From Spirochaetota bacterium (GTDB taxonomy: Bacteria; Spirochaetota; UBA6919; CBDBPB01): a DNA stretch of 64,000 nucleotides. The stretch spans positions 415,703 to 479,702 of the forward strand of contig CBDBPB010000007.1 of NCBI GenBank assembly GCA_965208615.1. Direction: 5' to 3'. Both the position numbers and the translations under genes were made by a program. This document shows positions 18,207 to 24,899 of this stretch, one piece after another; position 1 is the stretch's first letter; each line of letters starts with the position of its first letter. The notes under the pieces were generated by a model. The model had not been told where the DNA came from, ran no database searches, and worked only from the letters and a program-made list of their open reading frames with translations.

Positions 18207-19197
18207 ATTCTCCCATCCGAAAAACTTGTCAAGGCGTTTATAGTTTTAGCTCTTGCACAAAGCCTTTCTTGCGTGCTGTTGCCAGATTTGGGCTGTTCTT
18301 TGCCCTATCCCAAGCTTTTTGTAAAACTCTAATTTTTCTCCATGTTCAAAGTTTTTATTGCTTAGATACATGCCTATCGCTAAGCGTATTGCATTTTGTG
18401 TTGCTCTGCTCATGTTGCTTAAAACTGTCTCTATGTCTTTATCATTTGCATTGCTATTAGCAAGACGAATGAAAGCCTCAATAGTATTGTCTTTGGCTCG
18501 ACCCAAAAAGTGCTCGGCTAATACTTTGGCTGCTTCGTCTTGATACAGTTCTAACCTAACTTGAAGGCCAGACTTCACCCTGTCTATATTAATTGTTGCA
18601 AGCCATAATGGCAAAGAGTCTTGGCGGATATAAAACATGTCCTGCTCTTTGACTGCTCCTTTTGTCGGTGTTCGTATAACACGAACACCTTTTGATAATA
18701 TTCTATGTCTCTGGATTTTCTCATATTGTCCACTAAAACTAAGACCTAAACGATCACAGATAGGCTTAACAGGAGTATAAATATCATTAGTTCTCTTATC
18801 TAAAATCCCTGTTACCCTATCTCCATAAAAGTTAATAGTTGATATTTCATAATTATTATTCATTGTTATTCTCCCATCCGAAAAACTTGTCAAGGCGTTT
18901 ATAGTTTTAGCTCTTGCACAAAGTCTTTCTTGCGTGCTGTTGCCAGATTTGGGCTGTTCTTTGCCCTATCCCAAGCTTTTTGTAAAACTCTAATTTTTCT
19001 CCATGTTCAAAGTTTTTATTGCTTAGATACATGCCTATCGCTAAGCGTATTGCATTTTGTGTTGCTCTGCTCATGTTGCTTAAAACTGTCTCTATGTCTT
19101 TATCATTTGCATTGCTATTAGCAAGACGAATGAAAGCCTCAATAGTATTGTCTTTGGCTCGACCCAAAAAGTACTCGGCTAATACTTTGGCTGCTTC
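18207..19197. repeat. 330-bp direct repeat (18207-18536 and 18868-19197)
   Basis: Copies offset by 661 bp with 2 mismatches seen. Confidence 0.93.
18246..18863 (-). CDS. Antirepressor-like protein B (P22 AR N-terminal domain plus DUF3102-like C-terminus)
   Basis: P22_AR_N pattern; C-terminus HGEKLEFYKKLGIGQRTAQIW. Start ATG at 18863 (track start 18893). Confidence 0.8.
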   Translation of the reverse strand: MNNNYEISTINFYGDRVTGILDKRTNDIYTPVKPICDRLGLSFSGQYEKIQRHRILSKGVRVIRTPTKGAVKEQDMFYIRQDSLPLWLATINIDRVKSGLQVRLELYQDEAAKVLAEHFLGRAKDNTIEAFIRLANSNANDKDIETVLSNMSRATQNAIRLAIGMYLSNKNFEHGEKLEFYKKLGIGQRTAQIWQQHARKALCKS

Positions 19198-19518
19198 TTT
19201 TTGGTAAAGGTAGAGCCTGTCTCTTAGTTCTGGCTTGACTTTGTTGATGTTGATTGTTGTTAGCCATAGTGGAACTAAATCGTGGCGAATACAAAACATG
19301 TTTTGTTTTTTGACAGCACCTCTTGTCGGTGAGACCATAATGGTCACACCGTCGCTTAAAACAGGATGGTTTTGTATTTTTCTAATTTGCTTGTTTGAAG
19401 CAATTCCAAAAATCTCACAAATAGGTCTGACAGGAGTGTAAATGTCATTAGTTTGCCTGTCCAGCACTGCTGTTATTTTATCACCGTAAAAATCGATTGT
19501 AGATATTTCATTTCTCAT
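18907..19518 (-). CDS. Antirepressor-like protein A (P22 AR N-terminal domain plus DUF3102-like C-terminus)
   Basis: Same architecture as B with a near-identical C-terminus. Start ATG at 19518 (track start 19548). Confidence 0.8.
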   Translation of the reverse strand: MRNEISTIDFYGDKITAVLDRQTNDIYTPVRPICEIFGIASNKQIRKIQNHPVLSDGVTIMVSPTRGAVKKQNMFCIRHDLVPLWLTTININKVKPELRDRLYLYQKEAAKVLAEYFLGRAKDNTIEAFIRLANSNANDKDIETVLSNMSRATQNAIRLAIGMYLSNKNFEHGEKLEFYKKLGIGQRTAQIWQQHARKTLCKS

Positions 19519-19696
19519 TTTCATTCTCCCATCCGAAAAACTTGTCAAGGCGTTTAGAAGTCATTTTGTCATGTATATAAAAATGCACTGCGTGATAAGT
19601 TATCCCTAATGTTTTAGCTGCTTCTTTCTGAGTCATCCCTTTATCAATTAACTTTTTTTTACAATGTTTGATTTTCTGAAGGTTTTCAGCAGACAT
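19508..19696 (-). CDS. Cro/Ner-like HTH regulator
   Basis: KKLIDKGMTQKEAAKTLGITYHAV; first gene of the early operon, divergent from the repressor; AAGGAG RBS. Confidence 0.8.
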   Translation of the reverse strand: MSAENLQKIKHCKKKLIDKGMTQKEAAKTLGITYHAVHFYIHDKMTSKRLDKFFGWENENEK

Positions 19697-19752
19697 TAAC
19701 AGCTCCTTTAATCAATTTTTTATTAATGTAATTTGAATTTCATTCGATTTTA

Positions 19753-19780
19753 AATTAACTTAATATTAATTAAGTTAATT
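19753..19780. promoter_or_regulatory. Palindromic operator (12-bp arms) at the early transcription start
   Basis: AATTAACTTAAT-ATTA-ATTAAGTTAATT. Confidence 0.55.
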
Positions 19781-19782
19781 AT

Positions 19783-19811
19783 ATTATACGGATAAATTAT
19801 CCGTAAGTCAA
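19783..19811 (-). promoter_or_regulatory. Early promoter (sigma70) with a palindromic operator filling the spacer
   Basis: TTGACT(19811-19806)-17 bp-TATAAT(19788-19783); palindrome TACGGATAA-A-TTATCCGTA at 19787-19805. Confidence 0.8.
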
Positions 19812-19852
19812 GTGTAATTTTGTTTTTTTATCCTTTTTTTTTGAGTATTTAT

Positions 19853-20299
19853 ATGTTTGGCGATAGAGTAAGGAAAGTACGAAACATATTGAAGCTGAAT
19901 CAGTCTCAGCTATCTAAAGCAATAGGGATAGATAGCAGTCGTTTAAGCCGCGTAGAAAATGATAAAGAAAAGTTGACAATAGAGCAATTGGATAAATTAT
20001 CAAGACTAAAGAATATTAATCTGCACTGGCTATTAACAGGAGAGGGTGAGATGTTTTTAGGCTCTAAGGATAAAAATAAAATGGAAGAGAGAGTCACATA
20101 TCACGAAATGAGCGATGCCGAGATCAGGCTGTTAAAAGAGATCATAATGCTCTCAGAAGAAGCTTGCATAGATTTAGAGATTAGGGTTGACCCAAAAACA
20201 AAAGCAGAAAAGATAGTAAAGCTTTTTCTACACTATCATAAAGAAGAGATAGCAGTAGACAAACAAACTATTGGCACTATATTAAAACTTGTGTCGTAG
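19853..20299 (+). CDS. Prophage repressor (XRE/CI-like HTH, no S24 peptidase domain)
   Basis: FGDRVRKVRNILKLNQSQLSKAIGIDSSRLSRVEN...INLHWLLTGEGEMF; ATG at 19853 (track start 19820). Confidence 0.88.
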   Translation: MFGDRVRKVRNILKLNQSQLSKAIGIDSSRLSRVENDKEKLTIEQLDKLSRLKNINLHWLLTGEGEMFLGSKDKNKMEERVTYHEMSDAEIRLLKEIIMLSEEACIDLEIRVDPKTKAEKIVKLFLHYHKEEIAVDKQTIGTILKLVS

Positions 20300-20472
20300 T
20301 AACCAAGAAATGCAAGCTTATGAGATAATATTACTTTATATTGATAATAAACATTAACAACGCTATCCTTAACCATTATGACTCTGTCTACTCCTTTTAG
20401 CTTCTCTTTTTTTCCGATTTTCTCTTCAAATTCTTTTCGCACTTTTTTTCTCTTACTGTTATTTTCGCCCAT
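20236..20472 (-). CDS. Small basic hypothetical protein, convergent with the repressor
   Basis: AAGGAG RBS before ATG at 20472; overlaps the 3' end of the repressor gene. Confidence 0.45.
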   Translation of the reverse strand: MGENNSKRKKVRKEFEEKIGKKEKLKGVDRVIMVKDSVVNVYYQYKVILSHKLAFLGYYDTSFNIVPIVCLSTAISSL

Positions 20473-20793
20473 CGGTTTTCTCCTTGTATAAATCAGTCTT
20501 TATAAACTATATTAAACAAAGGGTAATGTTAATATCTTAGACTTAAAGTGAGAAAAAATAAACTTATTTTGAATTTTGACAGGAAGTTAGTCGTATAGAA
20601 CAGTAATAAAATTGCTTTTATGACAGCTATATTAATTCAAATGCGTACACCCCGCACGCATTTGACCCTGTGTTTATGATTTTTACTTTTAGGTAAAGTA
20701 GGGTTAAAAAATACATATAATAGGAAGAAAGTCAGTTTTAAATGCGAAATCGTTTCGCATTTGTCATTACGGTGATTTGAATATCGCTTTCTA

Positions 20794-20973
20794 TTATAGA
20801 TTTGATTTTTTTAACAAATATTTTTCTATACTGTCTTTATAGAGAAATATTTTTTTCTTACCAGGTTTATATCCTTTAATTTTACCGTCTTCAAGCAGTT
20901 CATAAAGCATGTGTCTGCCTATCTTGTATATCTCAGAAGCTTCTTTAACAGTCATAACATTTTTACTTGTCAT
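20794..20973 (-). CDS. Excisionase/BldC-family (HTH_17) DNA-binding protein
   Basis: VMTVKEASEIYKIGRHMLYELLEDGKIKGYKPGKKKIFLYKDSIEKYL; divergent from the late operon (track start 21012). Confidence 0.8.
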   Translation of the reverse strand: MTSKNVMTVKEASEIYKIGRHMLYELLEDGKIKGYKPGKKKIFLYKDSIEKYLLKKSNL

Positions 20974-21015
20974 ATATTCTACAATTACGTCAATTTCTAT
21001 TAAAAAAAACAACTA

Positions 21016-21089
21016 TTTTAGCTGTTTTAGAGGTTTTAGCTGTTTTAGGCAGTTTTAGGTTTGCCTAAAGTCTTTTCTATTCATAACTT
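21016..21089 (+). promoter_or_regulatory. Five TTTTAG direct repeats followed by a putative late promoter
   Basis: TTTTAG at 21016, 21025, 21034, 21043 and 21053; TTGCCT(21061)-17-TAACTT(21084-21089). Confidence 0.55.
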
Positions 21090-21095
21090 TTTTGT

Positions 21096-21614
21096 ATGGC
21101 GTACTCTGATTTAATTAAAGAGCAAGCGTTTAGTCTCTTTTGCATAGGCTATTCGTTTGCTAAAATAGCAAAGAAGCTTAAAATTGAAAATAAAAAAGAA
21201 TGCAAAAACATAAACAGCAAGACAGTCAAGACGTGGGCAAAGAGGTTTGATTGGGAGAATGAAAGAGAAAAAGGTAAAAAAAGTGCTATAGAAAACAGAA
21301 AACAAAGCATAGTTAATTTAATAACACAAGTTGCAAAGCAAACGGAAAAGCAAATCATAAAATGTCTTGAAGAGATAGACAAAAAAGAGTTCAGCAGTAA
21401 GGAGGGCGGGATATATGCTACAATAGCCCTTCTGAATAAGCACTTAGAGCTTGCTGGCAAAAATGTAATAATAAACATAAACAACAAAGAGGATGTGGCC
21501 CTTTTGCTGACAGCTATGCAGAGCATACCCGAGCTAAACAATGCTATAGAAAAACATAAAAGCGTGATAGGAAAAAAATTAAAAGAGCTACAAGCTGAAA
21601 ATGAAGAGGCATAA
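21096..21614 (+). CDS. Putative terminase small subunit (HTH, DUF1804/ATPase-subunit-like)
   Basis: YS..IKEQAFSLF..G.S...IA..L......TVK.W.K.FDW..ER; first late gene. Confidence 0.6.
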   Translation: MAYSDLIKEQAFSLFCIGYSFAKIAKKLKIENKKECKNINSKTVKTWAKRFDWENEREKGKKSAIENRKQSIVNLITQVAKQTEKQIIKCLEEIDKKEFSSKEGGIYATIALLNKHLELAGKNVIININNKEDVALLLTAMQSIPELNNAIEKHKSVIGKKLKELQAENEEA

Positions 21615-21617
21615 ATA

Positions 21618-21905
21618 ATGACAGTCGCTGAAGAAAGGCTAAGAGAAGCTGAAACAGACATTAAGCTATTACAAATTGGTCAAACTGAAATCAAAAAAGA
21701 TTTGCAATATGTTAAGCTGGCTGTAAACGAGCAAAAAGATACTGACAAGGAGATCCTTGACAAGCTCGATGAACATAGCATATCGCTTAACACCCTTACC
21801 AATTCAAGAACATTAGGGAAACGCATTATGGAAATTGTATTAGGGGGTTTATTGACAGGTTGTTTAGCACTTATTGCATGGTTTGCAAGAGAGGCGCTTA
21901 AATGA
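21618..21905 (+). CDS. Coiled-coil protein with C-terminal TM (XhlA/holin-like)
   Basis: ERLREAETDI..L coiled coil, then IVLGGLLTGCLALIAWFA; adjacent to the endolysin. Confidence 0.55.
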   Translation: MTVAEERLREAETDIKLLQIGQTEIKKDLQYVKLAVNEQKDTDKEILDKLDEHSISLNTLTNSRTLGKRIMEIVLGGLLTGCLALIAWFAREALK

Positions 21906-22378
21906 ATTGGACCAACTTTTCCATAAACGAAATTGTTAATCCTTTATTCGATGACTGCCCTTATAGCTGGATTGAACTATCCGGCGAAGTTAAAAGGAAC
22001 CTGATTCATACAATGGACTTGGTTCAAGAGTTGAGAAGTCATATGGGCTTAGGAATAAGGCTTAATAGCACATACAGACCTAAAAGCAAAGGGGCTCACG
22101 GCTCTGGCAAAGCTGTTGACTGTCAATTTTATCTTGATGATACGTCGGCCTATCTTCGGGCTATGAACTGGCTTAAGCAGGGATGTTCTCAAACGGGTTT
22201 TAGAGTCATAATGGAGTGGAGCGGTAGGCCAGATGGTATTCCCTGGTTCCACGTAGACAGAAATTATAAAGATTATGGAGCTAAAGTTTTAGTAGTGGGC
22301 TATCCTACTGATGGAGTGCCCGGCAATAAAATGGAATATGCCTATTGGACAGGAGGTTTGCCGGGAGATTATGTATAA
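21902..22378 (+). CDS. Endolysin, peptidase M15 family
   Basis: IRLNSTYRP...AHGSGKAVDC...WFHVD Zn-binding pattern. Confidence 0.8.
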   Translation: MNWTNFSINEIVNPLFDDCPYSWIELSGEVKRNLIHTMDLVQELRSHMGLGIRLNSTYRPKSKGAHGSGKAVDCQFYLDDTSAYLRAMNWLKQGCSQTGFRVIMEWSGRPDGIPWFHVDRNYKDYGAKVLVVGYPTDGVPGNKMEYAYWTGGLPGDYV

Positions 22379-22592
22379 AATAAGTAGGAAGTTTTGGCTT
22401 GCAGTAGCTTTAATAATTTCAGCTACCATACTGCTCATATATAATATAATAAACAGCGATAACTGGGTGCACGTTGTGGAGGTCATTGGGGCTAGTTATA
22501 TTGCGGGCAATGTGGCTCACAGTGCTGTTAGCAGTATGAGGTTTATGAGAGTTGAAAAAAGAAGAGTAGATATAGATGATGTTGAAAAGTAA
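22371..22592 (+). CDS. Putative holin (2 TM)
   Basis: MYKISRKFWLAVALII...W..VV..I.ASYIAGNVA; GGGAG RBS before ATG at 22371 (track start 22311). Confidence 0.65.
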   Translation: MYKISRKFWLAVALIISATILLIYNIINSDNWVHVVEVIGASYIAGNVAHSAVSSMRFMRVEKRRVDIDDVEK

Positions 22593-22639
22593 GGATAATT
22601 TAATAAAAAATATAACTTTTAATTTAAGGAGTAAAAACT

Positions 22640-22747
22640 ATGACAAGCGTCAAGAGAATACTTGGTCAACTAGCTAAGCACTGGAAAATAATTGCCCTTA
22701 CCGTAGGAGCTATTTGTTTAGCTGTACTATTGCTATACGCAGGATAA
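22640..22747 (+). CDS. 35-aa single-TM peptide
   Basis: AAGGAG RBS; MTSVKRILGQLAKHWKIIALTVGAICLAVLLLYAG. Confidence 0.55.
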   Translation: MTSVKRILGQLAKHWKIIALTVGAICLAVLLLYAG

Positions 22748-22762
22748 CAATAGGATAGTACG

Positions 22763-23050
22763 ATGAAAAAGCTTATAATTATCGCAATAGCTATTATTAT
22801 AGCTATTGCTATTTTCTTTATAGTAAATAAGGATAACCATTTAAACGACTACTGGCACAATCTTATAGAGAGAAAAAAAGAAATTAAAAAAAAGAAAGAA
22901 GATAATAACTCAAAGATTGGAACAATTAAAATAAAACTAAATGAGCTTAAAAAAGAGGAAATAGAATTTGAGAAAAGTAAAAAAGTTCGCTCTAAAGTGG
23001 ATATTAATAGTCTCCTTAGGCGTTATAAGCACTATAGCACAGGCAAGTGA
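22763..23050 (+). CDS. Rz-like inner-membrane spanin candidate
   Basis: N-terminal TM followed by a coiled coil; in the lysis cluster; overlapped by the next gene. Confidence 0.5.
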   Translation: MKKLIIIAIAIIIAIAIFFIVNKDNHLNDYWHNLIERKKEIKKKKEDNNSKIGTIKIKLNELKKEEIEFEKSKKVRSKVDINSLLRRYKHYSTGK

Positions 23051-23480
23051 TGAAAATAGTCACAAAAAAGCCGCTATAGACTTGTATAAAGGTCTTGAGG
23101 ATGCCAATAGAGTCATAATAGAACTAAGACAAGTTAATTATAGCCTTAGAAAAAGGTATAAGGCTTTGCTAAAGCAGAGTATAGAAATTACTAATGAGCT
23201 TATTGCCGTAAGAACTAAGCTAAACAGCAGTCTGGATAAGCAAACCTTTTGGATAAAGGAATACGAAAAGTTAAGAAATAAAAAGCTTGCTCACAAATGG
23301 ATAAGCATGTCCATTAATTTTGGAGTAAGCCATGACAGGCTGAAAACTGAGGCCTCTGTACGCCTTAGTCCTTTTAAGGCTTTGAAAAGCTTTAACTTCT
23401 TCCTGACAGGGGGATATGAGTATATATATAAACATAAAGGGGATTTTTATTGGTTAGTCGGCATTGGATATAGTTTATGA
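22968..23480 (+). CDS. Secreted coiled-coil protein with C-terminal outer-membrane beta-strands (Rz1 position)
   Basis: Signal peptide ending AQA, coiled coil, four amphipathic strands ending YWLVGIGYSL; GAGG RBS before the TTG start. Confidence 0.6.
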   Translation: MRKVKKFALKWILIVSLGVISTIAQASDENSHKKAAIDLYKGLEDANRVIIELRQVNYSLRKRYKALLKQSIEITNELIAVRTKLNSSLDKQTFWIKEYEKLRNKKLAHKWISMSINFGVSHDRLKTEASVRLSPFKALKSFNFFLTGGYEYIYKHKGDFYWLVGIGYSL

Positions 23481-23492
23481 TATGGGCTTGCA

Positions 23493-24899
23493 ATGGATAT
23501 AGTAAAAGAGTTTTTAAAACAAACAGATATACCAAAAGCCGCAAAAGAAAGGCAAAATTGGATAATAGAGAACTTGAAAGACTGTCTTGATAAGCCTTAT
23601 AAGTTATACCCTTATCAAAAGGCCTGGTTAAACGATGATAGCAGGTTTAAGATAATCTTGAAAGCCAGGCAGATCGGCTTTAGCTGGACAATAGCTTTAG
23701 AAGCATTATTTGAGTGCTTTTTGTTAGGACATAATTGCTTGATAGCCTCAGCCAGTCAACAGCAAGCTGACGAGGTTATGGAGAAGCTAAAAGATCATTA
23801 CTGGTCCTTAAAAGAGCTTTTTTCTGGTTTAAAAGAAAAGGGTGATAGCAAGTCTGAGCTTAAGATAAACTTCATGACAAAAGATAATAGCTTGTCTAAA
23901 ACATACAAGAAGATAATCAGCTTGCCTGAGAATCCACGCACTGTTCAAGGGTTTACTGGCACGGTGTTTTTGGACGAGTTTGCTCATCATCAACGAGCTG
24001 ATAAGATGTACAAGGCGTTGGTTCCATCTATCACTCGCTCAAAAGATTTTAAGTTGAGAGTTATTAGCACTCCAGCAGGCAAATCTGGCAAGTTTTATGA
24101 CCTCTGGACAGGTAATAATGACTTTAGGAAATGCAAAGTTAATATACACGATGCTATAAGACAAGGCTATAAGGTTGACATTAATGAGCTTAAGCGTAAT
24201 TTAAGTTCTGATGACTTTGCTGAGAGCTACTTATGTGAGTTTTTAGACAGCAATTATAGTTATTTTAGTTTAGATTTAATAGAAGGTTGTGTATCTGAAA
24301 GATTGAATAGGTGGGACAACAGGCAAAGAGGAGATTTCTATTTAGGCGTAGATATAGGCAGGAAGAAAGACTTAACTGCTCTTGTTTTGTTAGAGAGGCT
24401 GGAAGAGACTTTATACATGAGAGATTTGATAACTCTTAAAAACAAGAAGTTTGAAAAACAAAAGAAAATAATAGAAAAGGTAATAAACAACTACAAAGTA
24501 AGAGTGTGTGCGGTGGATAGCACTGGTTTGGGCATGCAACTTAGCGAAGAGCTTAAGAAGGCTTATGGACAGAGGATAGAGGAAATTAGTTTCACGGCAA
24601 ATATAAAAGAAAAACTGGTTACAGATTTAAAAATAGCTTTTGAGGATAAGGCTATAAAAATAATGCCTAACAAGGAGCTTATAGAGGATATACATAGCAT
24701 AAAACGTAGTGTCACAAGTGCTGGCAATGTGAGATACGAGGGTTCAAACAAAGACAGTCACGCAGACAGGTTTTGGGCATTGGCTTTGGCGAATTACGCT
24801 ACAGACCTAAGCTCTAAAGGCAAAATAGAATGGCAAGGGATAGGGCAGAGAGTTTTTAATAGTGCCAAAAGGTTTGTAAGAGGTGGCTATGGCTCTTAA
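23493..24899 (+). CDS. Terminase large subunit (Mu gp28-like)
   Basis: LYPYQ..W, KARQIGFSW, VFLDEFAH, ISTPAG, LGVDIGRKKDLT, VDSTGLG, HADRFWALALA. Confidence 0.93.
   Translation: MDIVKEFLKQTDIPKAAKERQNWIIENLKDCLDKPYKLYPYQKAWLNDDSRFKIILKARQIGFSWTIALEALFECFLLGHNCLIASASQQQADEVMEKLKDHYWSLKELFSGLKEKGDSKSELKINFMTKDNSLSKTYKKIISLPENPRTVQGFTGTVFLDEFAHHQRADKMYKALVPSITRSKDFKLRVISTPAGKSGKFYDLWTGNNDFRKCKVNIHDAIRQGYKVDINELKRNLSSDDFAESYLCEFLDSNYSYFSLDLIEGCVSERLNRWDNRQRGDFYLGVDIGRKKDLTALVLLERLEETLYMRDLITLKNKKFEKQKKIIEKVINNYKVRVCAVDSTGLGMQLSEELKKAYGQRIEEISFTANIKEKLVTDLKIAFEDKAIKIMPNKELIEDIHSIKRSVTSAGNVRYEGSNKDSHADRFWALALANYATDLSSKGKIEWQGIGQRVFNSAKRFVRGGYGS

Larger units (their letters stand above)
18116..19556. 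repeat. 125-bp direct repeat (18116-18240 and 19432-19556), including a 34-bp block present three times (18207, 18868, 19523)
   Basis: ATTCTCCCATCCGAAAAACTTGTCAAGGCGTTTA occurs three times; the 125-bp copies are offset by 1316 bp with 1 mismatch. Confidence 0.92.

Noticed and set aside
18207-19556. The 34-bp triple repeat as a CRISPR repeat or as a promoter (it contains TTGACA on the minus strand)
   Set aside because: Spacing is about 660 bp with whole genes in between, and no acceptable -10 element lies 17 bp from the TTGACA.
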